Shown here piece by piece: positions 1 to 9,173 of a stretch of 64,000 nucleotides of DNA; positions within the stretch are counted from its first letter, which is position 1, and each line of letters starts with the position of its first letter. The notes beneath the pieces were generated by a model. The model had not been told where the DNA came from. It was given only the letters and a program-made list of their open reading frames with translations, and did not search any database. Location of the stretch: positions 505,935-569,934 of the forward strand of contig JACPTG010000001.1 of assembly GCA_016192905.1 (NCBI GenBank). The letters run 5' to 3'. This DNA is from Candidatus Woesearchaeota archaeon (GTDB lineage Archaea; Nanobdellota; Nanobdellia; Woesearchaeales; UBA10216). The translations under genes were made by a program, and so were the position numbers.

Positions 1-123
1 AACAAGAACTTCGCCTTCACGGGTAAGCCTGGGATTTACGCGTATAGGCATACCCGGGTCTGCCAGGTAATTTGAAAGATGCCGAACTGCCTCAGCAGGA
101 TGTAACTCAAAAACATTGCCCAT
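1..123 (-). CDS. hypothetical protein, partial (runs off window start)
   Basis: Open frame from ATG at 123 (MGNVFELHPAEAVRHLSNYLADPG...) to the window edge; divergent from the EamA gene. Confidence 0.35.
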   Translation of the reverse strand, partial: MGNVFELHPAEAVRHLSNYLADPGMPIRVNPRLTREGEVLV

Positions 124-218
124 AGAAAAAGGGAACCCTTAGGCAAATAAAAAGCTTTTTCCCAGGCACTTTCGGGGCAGGGCAAGGTTTATAACCATGG
201 CCCTGGCTTTTGGAAAAA

Positions 219-1085
219 ATGGAAACATGGTTCATCCTGGCGCTGGCGGCAATGATTGGATACGGGGTGCAGCACTTCCTGTTCAAGGTGGCTGCTGAGA
301 ACGGGTACAATAGCATAAGGGTAAACACAGTATTCATGCTGACTGTGGCGGCAATATCTGGAATAGTCTACCTTTTATCCGATGCAGGCGTGTCCGGGCC
401 CTACTTCCTGCTGTTTGTGCTGGCCAATGCAATCACATACCTCCTCGCGAACATATGCAAGATAGAAAGCTACAGGTTCAGCCCTGCGACAGTGGCAGCG
501 CCAATATCAAAGATGTATGTTGCGCTGACGCCGCTGCTCGCATACTTCATATTCAGAGAGAGGATAACCATAACCCAGCTAATCGGGCTTACACTCGCCA
601 CATTCGCAGTGGTAACCCTCACTCATGCGCATCGGCATGAAACAAAGAAATTCAGGGGCATAGGTCTGGGGCTTGTTTTTGCCGCAGCCGCAGCCGCCTC
701 AACCAGCTTCAACAACCTGATAGGAAAATCAGCCGCAGCATCAGGAGACATCATGAGCTTCATATTCTTCTCATACCTGGCCAGCTTTGCACTCGCGCTT
801 GGATTGCAGAAACTCGTAAACAGGGAGGAAAGGCCGATAAGGGAGCTGGCCAGAAACCCGGGCGCCATAAGACTAGGAATCATAATTGGAATAGTGAACT
901 TCATATCCTACTATCTCCTGCTGACAGCCCTTACACAAGGCAAGGCAATGGTGATATTCCCGCTCATTGGAATCGGAATAGCCGTGACCCTCGGCCTCGC
1001 AATATGGATTTACGGCGAAAAGCTGAACAGGGAGAAGGCAATAGGAATAGGCTCATGCATAGCTGCGGCAGTCCTCCTAGCATAA
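219..1085 (+). CDS. EamA/DMT-family transporter (two EamA repeats)
   Basis: About 10 hydrophobic segments and the FRERIT/YGEKLN motifs typical of DMT; TTTATAA at 188 lies 31 nt before ATG 219. Confidence 0.85.
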   Translation: METWFILALAAMIGYGVQHFLFKVAAENGYNSIRVNTVFMLTVAAISGIVYLLSDAGVSGPYFLLFVLANAITYLLANICKIESYRFSPATVAAPISKMYVALTPLLAYFIFRERITITQLIGLTLATFAVVTLTHAHRHETKKFRGIGLGLVFAAAAAASTSFNNLIGKSAAASGDIMSFIFFSYLASFALALGLQKLVNREERPIRELARNPGAIRLGIIIGIVNFISYYLLLTALTQGKAMVIFPLIGIGIAVTLGLAIWIYGEKLNREKAIGIGSCIAAAVLLA

Positions 1086-1128
1086 GTTCACCTTAATTCC
1101 GGGTGCACGTGGCATTAAAAAATAGTGG

Positions 1129-1199
1129 TGTCGCTTCCGGCCCTGTATTTATTTGAGCAGCTAATTGGCAGATTGCTCGGAATGGGCCGCACTCCGACA
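1129..1199 (+). other. nested stem-loop in a convergent intergenic region
   Basis: Pairings TGTCG/CGACA, CGGCCC/GGGCCG and TTGAGCAG/TTGCTCGG (G-U pairs favour the + strand); flanked by A-tracts. Confidence 0.4.
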
Positions 1200-1262
1200 A
1201 AAAAAAAGGCAATGCCCAGAAGAAACAAAAGCAAACGGTCAATGTAAACGCAAAAAAAAAAA

Positions 1263-2201
1263 TCACTGCCTTTGCTGCTGGAACCAGCCTATTGTCATCC
1301 TCAGGCCGTCCTCAAGACTGACCCTCGGGCTCCAGCCCAGAAGCTGCCTTGCCCGCGTTATGTCAGGCCGCCTGGTCCTGGGGTCATCCGGGGGAAGGTC
1401 CTTGAAGACTATCCTGCTCCTGCTCCCGGTCATCTCAATGATAAGCCTTGCGAACTCAAGAATTGAATGCTCGTCAGGGTTGCCAAGGTTTACAGGCTCA
1501 TTAATCCTGGAAAGCATAAGCCTGACTATGCCATCCACTAAGTCGGAAATATAGCAGAAGCTCCTCGTATGGCTGCCGTCACCATAAACAGTCAAAGGCT
1601 CACTGGCCAGGGCCTGGCCTATGAAGTTTGGAACAGCGCGGCCGTCACTAAGACGCATATGAGGGCCAAAGGTGTTGAAAATCCTCGCAATCTTGGTATC
1701 AATCCCATGGGTGCGATGATAAGCCATGGTAATTGCCTCAGCAAACCTCTTGGCCTCGTCATAAACGCCCCTGGGGCCAACCGGATTGACGTTCCCCCAG
1801 TAAGACTCATGCTGCGGGTGAACAAGGGGATCGCCGTAAACCTCGCTTGTTGAGGCGAGCAGGAAAACGGCGTCGTTCTTCTTCGCCAGGCCCAGAGCAT
1901 TATGAGTGCCCATCGCCCCAACCTTCAAAGTTGGAATCGGATAACGCATGTAGTCAACAGGGCTGGCAGGGCTGGCAAAATGCAGGACAAAGTCAACCTT
2001 ATCCCTGTAATCAATCCTTTGGACGACGTTGTGATTTACAAACTCAAAATTGGAATTGCCTGCAAACTCACTGATATTCGAAAGAGAGCCTGTTATGAGA
2101 TTATCAACGCACACCACCCTAAAGCCGCGGCCCAGAAGCGCAGCGCAGAGATGCCTGCCGATAAAACCCGCGCCGCCAGTAATCACTACAGTCTGCGCCA
2201 A
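1263..2201 (-). CDS. UDP-glucuronate decarboxylase (UDP-xylose synthase-like SDR)
   Basis: [29 protein letters not shown] and RIFNTFGP motifs. Confidence 0.92.
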   Translation of the reverse strand: MAQTVVITGGAGFIGRHLCAALLGRGFRVVCVDNLITGSLSNISEFAGNSNFEFVNHNVVQRIDYRDKVDFVLHFASPASPVDYMRYPIPTLKVGAMGTHNALGLAKKNDAVFLLASTSEVYGDPLVHPQHESYWGNVNPVGPRGVYDEAKRFAEAITMAYHRTHGIDTKIARIFNTFGPHMRLSDGRAVPNFIGQALASEPLTVYGDGSHTRSFCYISDLVDGIVRLMLSRINEPVNLGNPDEHSILEFARLIIEMTGSRSRIVFKDLPPDDPRTRRPDITRARQLLGWSPRVSLEDGLRMTIGWFQQQRQ

Positions 2202-2926
2202 TGCTCCTCAGCCTCCCTGAGCTGGTCATGGCTCCCGATGTCAAACCACCTCTCTGAAAAGACAAAGCCGTAAACACTCTTCCTTGAGGAAAGCCATCTT
2301 ATGAAGTCGCCAAGATTGTCGGGCTTCCTGTTCTCGCGGATGCACTTCTCAAGCTCTGCCAAGTCCTCCCTTGTGAAAAAATAGCACGCAGTACTCGCCA
2401 GCGAACTTTTCGGCCTGGCGGGCTTCTCCTCAAAACCAACAATCCTGAATTCGCTGTCAACCGACGCAACACCATACCTGCCAGAGGCTTTAGATGGATC
2501 CTTCAAGTCATGCAACGCCACCACAGAAGCGGCCCTGGACCTGAAAAACCTGAAAAGGTCAACAAGGCTGAAATCAAAAAGATTGTCCCCTGCAATAACG
2601 AGCACGTCATCATTGACATTAGCCGACTTGACCGCAAAATCTATGTCGCCTATCGCGCCCAGCCGGTCATCATTGGAGCTTGAGCCATCATTGAGCACAA
2701 CCAGGGGAATTGGCGAAGTGTAGCCCGCAACCCAATCAAGAAAATTCTTATAGTATTTTTCATTGGTTACCAGAACAATCTCCTCAACGCGGGGCAACTC
2801 GGAAATCCTAAGCAAAATATGCTCAATAAGAGGCTTCCCTGCGACAGGTATCAGCGGCTTCGGGGTTGACTCGGTTATCGGATGCAGGCGGGTGCCATAG
2901 CCGGCAGCAAGAACAATCGCCTTCAT
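2186..2926 (-). CDS. sugar-phosphate nucleotidyltransferase
   Basis: LAAGYGTRL...[21 protein letters not shown] and WFDIG motifs. Confidence 0.9.
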   Translation of the reverse strand: MKAIVLAAGYGTRLHPITESTPKPLIPVAGKPLIEHILLRISELPRVEEIVLVTNEKYYKNFLDWVAGYTSPIPLVVLNDGSSSNDDRLGAIGDIDFAVKSANVNDDVLVIAGDNLFDFSLVDLFRFFRSRAASVVALHDLKDPSKASGRYGVASVDSEFRIVGFEEKPARPKSSLASTACYFFTREDLAELEKCIRENRKPDNLGDFIRWLSSRKSVYGFVFSERWFDIGSHDQLREAEEHWRRL

Positions 2927-4221
2927 CTTCCAATGCCCACATAACCAAAGCCGTGGGCCCTCATCTCATCAGGCTCATAAATGTTCCGCGCGTCAACGAT
3001 GCTTGGAGAATTCATAAGCGACTTCAACCGGACCCGGTCAAGCTCCCTAAACTCATCCCACTCAGTAACCACAACGATGCAATCCGCGGCCTTCGCAGCC
3101 TCATAAGGGTTTGAGGCGTACTCAACATTCTTCAGCAGCTTCCTGGCATTATTCATGGCAACCGGGTCAAAAACCGCGACTTGAACGCCATGCCTCTGCA
3201 GCTCGCTGATAATGACAATTGACGGCGCATCGCGCATATCATCAGTCTTCGGCTTGAACGAAAGCCCCCAGACAGCAACCTTTTTCCCTTTTGGATCACC
3301 GAGAACGCCAAGGACTTTTCTCGCCACATAAGCCTTCTGCAACTCATTCATCCTGTCCACTCCATCAAGAATTCCTGCAGGGAGGCTCCTGGACTTCAGC
3401 ATATGAACCAGCGCCTTTACGTCCTTAGGGAAACAGCTGCCACCATAGCCGGCACCTGCCTGCAGAAAGCGGGGCCCAATCCTGCTGTCCAGGCCAATGC
3501 CCTTTGCAACGACCTTAACATCCGCGCCCACAGCCTCGCAAAGCCTTGAAACCTCATTCATAAATGAAATCCTTGTGGCCAGCATGGCATTGCTCACATA
3601 CTTGACAAGCTCAGCAGTGTTTATGTCGGTAACCATTATCGGCCTGCCAGTCCTCTCGATAGGCTTGTAAATGTCTATCATAATCTTCTTCGCAGCCTCA
3701 CTCTCAGCACCTATAATGACGCGGTCAGGCAGCATAAAGTCGTGGACTGCCTCGCCCTCCCTCAAAAATTCGGGGTTGGAGACAACGTCAAAAGCCAGCT
3801 TTGACCTCTGGCTTGCTGCAATAGCCTCCCTGATTTTGGATGATGAGCCAACAGGAACAGTGCTCTTCACAACCACAACCTTATAGCTATCCATGGCAGC
3901 TCCGATTTCCCGGGCCGCAGCAAGCACATAAGACATGTCGCCCGAGCCATCAGCGGCAGAAGGCGTGTTGACAGCAATGAAAATAATGTCAGAATCATGA
4001 ACAGCCCGCTTCACGTCCACTGTAAACCTGAGGCGGCCCTCGCGCGAATTAAGCTCAACAAGGTCCCTCAGGCCAGGCTCATAGAAAGGCAAGATGCCCT
4101 GATTAAGCTTTTCAATCCTCTCCCTGTCAATATCCATGCAGGTTACCTCATTCCCAAGGTTAGCCAGGCAGGCACCTGTGACAAGACCCACGTAACCGCA
4201 GCCTATGACTGAAATCCTCAT
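2923..4221 (-). CDS. ugd: UDP-glucose 6-dehydrogenase
   Basis: GCGYVG, KSTVPVG, SNPEFLREG, GYGGSCFPKD and FKPKTDDMRDAP motifs. Confidence 0.95.
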   Translation of the reverse strand: MRISVIGCGYVGLVTGACLANLGNEVTCMDIDRERIEKLNQGILPFYEPGLRDLVELNSREGRLRFTVDVKRAVHDSDIIFIAVNTPSAADGSGDMSYVLAAAREIGAAMDSYKVVVVKSTVPVGSSSKIREAIAASQRSKLAFDVVSNPEFLREGEAVHDFMLPDRVIIGAESEAAKKIMIDIYKPIERTGRPIMVTDINTAELVKYVSNAMLATRISFMNEVSRLCEAVGADVKVVAKGIGLDSRIGPRFLQAGAGYGGSCFPKDVKALVHMLKSRSLPAGILDGVDRMNELQKAYVARKVLGVLGDPKGKKVAVWGLSFKPKTDDMRDAPSIVIISELQRHGVQVAVFDPVAMNNARKLLKNVEYASNPYEAAKAADCIVVVTEWDEFRELDRVRLKSLMNSPSIVDARNIYEPDEMRAHGFGYVGIGR

Positions 4222-4275
4222 GAGGCCGGGATGCCCGAAAGGTATAAATATCTTACCTTTATCCTACCTTATAGG

Positions 4276-5076
4276 ATGAAACAGAAGATAAGCATAACAA
4301 TAGATGAAAAAATACTAAAGGACATAGACAGCCTCATAGACAACCTGCTCATAAGAAACAGGAGCCAGGCAATAGAATACCTTGTGAAAAGCTCGCTGGG
4401 CGGCCACAGGACAGCGGTAATACTGGCAGGAGGGGATGAAAGGGAACTGGAACTGGCTCCCGGAGCATACAGCCCCACGGCAAACATGGGAAAGGCGACC
4501 GTGGCAGAAAAGGCTGTGGCCAAGCTAAGGGAAAACGGCTTCAAGGAAATACACTACATAGCCAGGCACAAGATACTAACCCAGGCATTTAACATACTAA
4601 AGGACGGAAGCGGCCACGGAGTAAAAATGCATTACATAGAGGAGAAAAGCTCCAGCGGGACAGCCTCAACACTCAGACTGGTCAAGGGCAAGCTGCGGAC
4701 AGGCTTCCTGGTGGTCTACGGAGACATACTTTTTGACAAGGTCAACATTGAAGAGCTCTGGAGCCAGCACGCCAGAAGCAACTCAATAGCCACAATAATG
4801 CTCACCACCTCTGCAAAGCCGGAGGAAAAGGGAACTGTGAAAATGGAGGGCAACAAGGTTCTTGAATTCGTACAGAAACCAAAAAAATCAGACATACACC
4901 TCGTATTCTCGCCCATAATCGCCGCATCTGAAGAGCTGCTGGACCATCAGGGAGCCAGCCTTGAGTACGACGTATTCCCAAAACTGGCCTCAAAAGGGCT
5001 CCTCCAAGGACACGTAAGCTCAGAGAAGGAAATACACCTGCACAGCATTGAGGACCTAAACAGGATTAAAAAGTGA
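4276..5076 (+). CDS. ribbon-helix-helix domain fused to a degenerate sugar nucleotidyltransferase domain
   Basis: N-terminal MKQKISITIDEKILKDID...NRSQAIE (RHH), then AVILAGG, YGDILF and FVQKP; TATAAATA at 4243. Confidence 0.8.
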   Translation: MKQKISITIDEKILKDIDSLIDNLLIRNRSQAIEYLVKSSLGGHRTAVILAGGDERELELAPGAYSPTANMGKATVAEKAVAKLRENGFKEIHYIARHKILTQAFNILKDGSGHGVKMHYIEEKSSSGTASTLRLVKGKLRTGFLVVYGDILFDKVNIEELWSQHARSNSIATIMLTTSAKPEEKGTVKMEGNKVLEFVQKPKKSDIHLVFSPIIAASEELLDHQGASLEYDVFPKLASKGLLQGHVSSEKEIHLHSIEDLNRIKK

Positions 5077-5193
5077 TGAACAGCGAACCTGGGTTCCCGC
5101 ATGAAAATGCAGTACTGCCTGGAACGTGCGCCCGCTTGACTGCTGAGTTCGGAAAGGGATCAGGTATTTCCGGGCGGCCATGGCCGTTCATCA
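5074..5193 (-). rRNA. rrf: 5S rRNA
   Basis: 120 nt; terminal helix TGATGAAC/GTTCATCA; conserved CCTGATCCCTTTCCGAACTCAGCAGTCAAG, AGTACTG and GGGAAC elements on the minus strand. Confidence 0.93.
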
Positions 5194-5214
5194 GTTGACG
5201 GGAGGAAGGCCTGG

Positions 5215-5223
5215 CTTATAAAG
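5215..5223 (-). promoter_or_regulatory. TATA box for 5S rRNA
   Basis: TTTATAAG on the minus strand ~22-30 nt upstream of the 5S 5' end. Confidence 0.6.
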
Positions 5224-5252
5224 TTAGCGGAAAGGTGTAATGAAAGGATGCC

Positions 5253-5996
5253 TTACATAAAATTACAGAGGCGGTCAACACCCAGCCGCACCCCTGCCTC
5301 AACCAGCGTGGAGCGCACCATAACCCTCTGGTAGCCAGATAGAATTGGCCTGCCACAATACCTTTCCTCCTGATAACTCGAAAAAGGGCCCCGCAACTCA
5401 TTCGGGTATAACTTGTCTGCGTCAAGCCGGACAAGCGGCCTGTTGTGGTACTGCTGGAGCAGGCAGGCCACCATGCTGTCCAAAGGCCGCCTGCTTCGCC
5501 CAACCGTATTTTTCATGTCATAGCTGATAGCCATTTCAAGCGCAGCGATGATGCCTGAAGTGTCAATAGCTGAAGATGCGACCAGCAAAGTATTATCCGG
5601 AATCTGCAAAAAATCAGAGTGGCAGGCTGAGACTATTACAACCTTCCTGCCAGAAATCCCGCCAACATAGTGGAAAAAAACGTCCTTATCCAGCCTGACT
5701 CCTGATGGAAGCACAAAATAATCCGGCATGCCATGGCCAAAGTAATAAACAACACTCGTATCCCCTACACCAGCCCTTGACCCAAGCGCGTCCAGCGAAT
5801 CCAGAATCTTATCTGCGCAGACCTGGCCGTCAAAAAGAAAACTGCACTCTGAAGGCCTCAAAACCATAAGCCTGCGGGAAAACGCCTTGCAAAAAGAAGA
5901 GCCCTGGATATGCCCATGCCCCCCGAAGGCAAAAACCCTGGTCGCGTTATTCCCAAGCTGCCTGACCCGGCCACCGGTAAGCTCCTCAAGCGACAT
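5253..5996 (-). CDS. caspase-like (clan CD) cysteine peptidase, putative
   Basis: VVYYFGHG and KVVIVSACHS match the His-Gly and Ala-Cys dyad motifs of the caspase/metacaspase fold. Confidence 0.6.
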   Translation of the reverse strand: MSLEELTGGRVRQLGNNATRVFAFGGHGHIQGSSFCKAFSRRLMVLRPSECSFLFDGQVCADKILDSLDALGSRAGVGDTSVVYYFGHGMPDYFVLPSGVRLDKDVFFHYVGGISGRKVVIVSACHSDFLQIPDNTLLVASSAIDTSGIIAALEMAISYDMKNTVGRSRRPLDSMVACLLQQYHNRPLVRLDADKLYPNELRGPFSSYQEERYCGRPILSGYQRVMVRSTLVEAGVRLGVDRLCNFM

Positions 5997-6185
5997 ATCG
6001 CATCATGAGTTATTCCCCCTAAGCGGGACAAACTGTCCCCTCCACAAATCAGACTCCCGCACAGAGGCAATAAGCCGCCCATTACTCCAGTTTACAGACC
6101 CTGACCCCACAACTGGGGGAAACTGGAGCAATATAAAAATTTTGAGCCACAACGCTAAAATACAAGCACGCCCAGCCAAAAGCCC

Positions 6186-6695
6186 ATGTTCATCCGCACC
6201 AAGAAAATATACGGCCAAGACTACGCCTACCTGGTAAAGAACACCTGGACAGGAGGCGGGGCAAGGCAGAAAGTCGCAAAATACCTCGGCAAGGTGCACA
6301 GGCCTGAAAAAGTCAGGAACAGGACATTCCAAGAACACATAAGCGGGCAGGGCCCTGAGGACTACTTCAACAGCAGGGAATTCAAGGAGATATTAAACGA
6401 GCTAATCAAGCTGGAGCTTCACAACCACGGGCTGGATGACCAGTACTATGTCGTGGGAAGCGAATTCAAAACCCTGTCTGGAAAAGACATTGTAGTTGCA
6501 ATGAACACCGGACACTTATGCACTGATACGGTCAAAGTGCTGCATGACTACAAGACAGAAAACGATGACGGGTTTATGCTTGCCAGCCTTATCACTGCAG
6601 CAGGGCTTAATGTTGAGCAGGAAATATTCGTGCTGCTCTTTGAAAAGGCGAAGGCTGAAAGCGCACAGCAGCCCAAAGGGGAGTTTTATTATTAG
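6186..6695 (+). CDS. hypothetical protein
   Basis: 169-aa ORF with normal codon usage; N-terminal FIRTKKI..YAYLV...RQKV..YLGK. Confidence 0.7.
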   Translation: MFIRTKKIYGQDYAYLVKNTWTGGGARQKVAKYLGKVHRPEKVRNRTFQEHISGQGPEDYFNSREFKEILNELIKLELHNHGLDDQYYVVGSEFKTLSGKDIVVAMNTGHLCTDTVKVLHDYKTENDDGFMLASLITAAGLNVEQEIFVLLFEKAKAESAQQPKGEFYY

Positions 6696-7426
6696 CCTGA
6701 AGCATCAAATTCCAACAGATTGTTCCGCAGGGATAAATCCACAATGCTGCTCTTTCCCACATCCAGCAGAACATTCCTTGCTATTGAATCAATTAAATCC
6801 GGCCGTGAAAGCAGCTTCTCAACTGCCTTTTTTTTAAGCTGCGTTGCCGCTATTTTCCGGCGGCCATACTGCAATAGTGAGTAAAAATCGCAGGCGTCCT
6901 TGTTTTCCTTGTCGGCCTTGTCCCTTTCAAACAGGCATATGGCCTTCAATTCCATCAAAGTATCCATATCTGCAAGCGGGTAACCATTAACGTTTTTTAC
7001 GGACACACTCTTTAAGGGGTCCAAATCGTTCCAGCTATGTATTGCTGTGGTTGGCTTATTCGAAAACAAGTCCAAAAAGACCCTAATCAAATTGTACGGG
7101 GGCTCCTTCCTGGACTCAATTATGGAAATGAACTTCCTCTTTTCCCTATGGTAAATTTTTTCGTACCTGAAGGGCAGGCCATTTTTTTCAAAGCCCAGCC
7201 CGAAAATCACCTTTGCAAAGCCCTTCTCGCTGAGAGGATCGAAAAAGAGGTCTATATCCCTTGAGGCAATGTAATCCTTACCGAAGGCCTGCCTGTATGC
7301 TTCATTTACATAAAAAAAGGCCGCCCATCCGCCAATAATGCAAAAGTTTACCCTTTCCTTCCTGCATGCCTGACAGATTAAATTGAGTTCGTTAAGTGAA
7401 ATGTCAGTTTCGGCTGGGTCATACAT
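6692..7426 (-). CDS. nucleotidyltransferase, AbiEii/type IV toxin-like
   Basis: IIGGWA and SRDIDL pol-beta-type motifs, C-terminal KD..D; overlaps the upstream antitoxin-like gene. Confidence 0.65.
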   Translation of the reverse strand: MYDPAETDISLNELNLICQACRKERVNFCIIGGWAAFFYVNEAYRQAFGKDYIASRDIDLFFDPLSEKGFAKVIFGLGFEKNGLPFRYEKIYHREKRKFISIIESRKEPPYNLIRVFLDLFSNKPTTAIHSWNDLDPLKSVSVKNVNGYPLADMDTLMELKAICLFERDKADKENKDACDFYSLLQYGRRKIAATQLKKKAVEKLLSRPDLIDSIARNVLLDVGKSSIVDLSLRNNLLEFDASG

Positions 7427-8078
7427 TTTTCAATTTTTCCCCAATCAGCTTCAGTATTTCCATTCCTGCCTCCTCCCCGCGGCCGCCATATGACCGCAAG
7501 TCTGCACATAACTGCGGCAGGGACACAACGGCCGCCCCCCTGGAATCCCAAACACCTTCAAAGTAACTTTCATCAACCAAAAAGCACACAATATTTCCAT
7601 TCCCCTCCGCTGATTGAATGTTCTGGGAGTTAAACACCCTTTGCCACTTCATTAAATCTGTTTTAAGAATGTACATATGCGTGTCTGCCGGGGCAACATA
7701 CGGGTGCATTTGTTCAGTGGCTGAGAAGAGCGTAAAGGCGTATTTTAAACCGTTAGCCCTCGCTGCATTGGCTATTTTCAGCATTACATACTGAGGCCTT
7801 TCAGCGGCAATAAATTCAGCTTTTTCAAGCTCCCTAATTGAGAAAAGGTAGCCCCATGCGCCAGCAAGCCTTTCAGGCCTGACCATCCTGATTCCCCGAA
7901 TACCCCTGCCAGCCGCTGCATACTCGCTTCTGATTAACTTCAGGGCCAGTCTCTTGGCCAGGGATGGGGTTGTATGGCACTTTTTAGCCAATTCTGAGAA
8001 AGTCAGGTTTGGCCTGCCTTCCACTGAATTGACAAGCAACACCCTGATTGCCGAGTTAAGCTTTTCCGAGATTAACAT
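7419..8078 (-). CDS. AbiEi-like antitoxin (HTH plus C-terminal domain)
   Basis: HTH (TFSELAKKCHTTPSLA) and C-terminal VVSLPQLCADL..GGRGEEAG. Confidence 0.7.
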   Translation of the reverse strand: MLISEKLNSAIRVLLVNSVEGRPNLTFSELAKKCHTTPSLAKRLALKLIRSEYAAAGRGIRGIRMVRPERLAGAWGYLFSIRELEKAEFIAAERPQYVMLKIANAARANGLKYAFTLFSATEQMHPYVAPADTHMYILKTDLMKWQRVFNSQNIQSAEGNGNIVCFLVDESYFEGVWDSRGAAVVSLPQLCADLRSYGGRGEEAGMEILKLIGEKLKNV

Positions 8079-8227
8079 TTCACTTTAGTTTATATATTTA
8101 CACTTTACTATATTTAAACTTATGCATACCGACCTGATTAGTGCTATATATATGTTCCAGCGGCTATTTTACAGTGGTTAATGCGTTGACTGGGTTATGT
8201 CTGCGCTGGTCCGGCTAAATACTGAGC

Positions 8228-8626
8228 TTACCCTGGCTCCAAAAGGCCGCCATATTTGGCCCAGAAAAGGAGCCCCACCGAAAGCACAAAGAAGGAAAAA
8301 TAAGCAGAAGTAAAAATCAAGCCGCCTCCGAAGCGATAACCTACTAAAGCCAGCAAAAACGACTCAACCAATGCATAAAGGAAACATCCAACGGCAAAAA
8401 ATGCCGAATAATTGCCCAGCCTATCTTTCCTGTCATGCGCCAGCCGGATGATAGCTATAGACAGCATCAGAAAAATATAGTAACCCAACAGTGCTGGGAT
8501 CAACAGCATAGTTGAATATGCGCGAAAAAACCAGCCTGATGAATCCGACCATACAACCCACATCGAAAAAAGTAGAGGAAGCCCAACAAGCAGGAAAAGG
8601 AGCACACGAACTGGCTTGGACACCAT
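8228..8626 (-). CDS. membrane protein, hypothetical (about 4 TM)
   Basis: Four hydrophobic stretches; ATG at 8626. Confidence 0.65.
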   Translation of the reverse strand: MVSKPVRVLLFLLVGLPLLFSMWVVWSDSSGWFFRAYSTMLLIPALLGYYIFLMLSIAIIRLAHDRKDRLGNYSAFFAVGCFLYALVESFLLALVGYRFGGGLIFTSAYFSFFVLSVGLLFWAKYGGLLEPG

Positions 8627-8633
8627 TGTGAAA

Positions 8634-9164
8634 TCAGCCCCCTTCCTCTTCACATGCAGGAAGACTGGAAGCATTCAATTCCATCACACTTTCACGATTT
8701 GAACATACAACCGGCTGGCCCTGAAGGTTGACTATTGGCATAACCCTTATAACCTCAACTCTGCCCACGTATTTGGCAAAGAGGTATGACAATCTGGCCC
8801 TGCCGTTTACCGGGATTTTTACTGCGATATCCCCATCGTTAATGCCCTCAGTGCCAATTGCCCGCACCTTGAGCCCTTCAATCTGCTTTAAGCCATCGTT
8901 AACAACAGTGATGTTCAGCAAATACTGCTCATCATATTCTGACAGGCACGCCTGAATCCGGCCTGCAAGCATTAGAGGCTTCACCCCGGCCTCATGTTTG
9001 CATGCATTGCCGGCCTGGCTGGCTGGCGAGACATCCTGGCGGGTTTCCTCAACATAAGTCCGGCTCCAGTCCGCAACAGAAAAGATGAAGGCTGCCAAGG
9101 CTGCTGAAATAATGAGCATAACTGCCACCACGATAAGAATAATCTTCCCTGCCTGGGTAGCCAT
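8634..9164 (-). CDS. membrane-anchored/pilin-like secreted protein
   Basis: N-terminal hydrophobic helix after QAG; beta-rich domain with Cys residues ending in VMPIV...PVVC. Confidence 0.55.
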   Translation of the reverse strand: MATQAGKIILIVVAVMLIISAALAAFIFSVADWSRTYVEETRQDVSPASQAGNACKHEAGVKPLMLAGRIQACLSEYDEQYLLNITVVNDGLKQIEGLKVRAIGTEGINDGDIAVKIPVNGRARLSYLFAKYVGRVEVIRVMPIVNLQGQPVVCSNRESVMELNASSLPACEEEGG

Positions 9165-9173
9165 CCGAAAGTT

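Noticed and set aside
6186-6695. IS1634-like transposase
   Set aside because: Only the N-terminal motif resembles it; no DDE domain, terminal inverted repeats or target-site duplication
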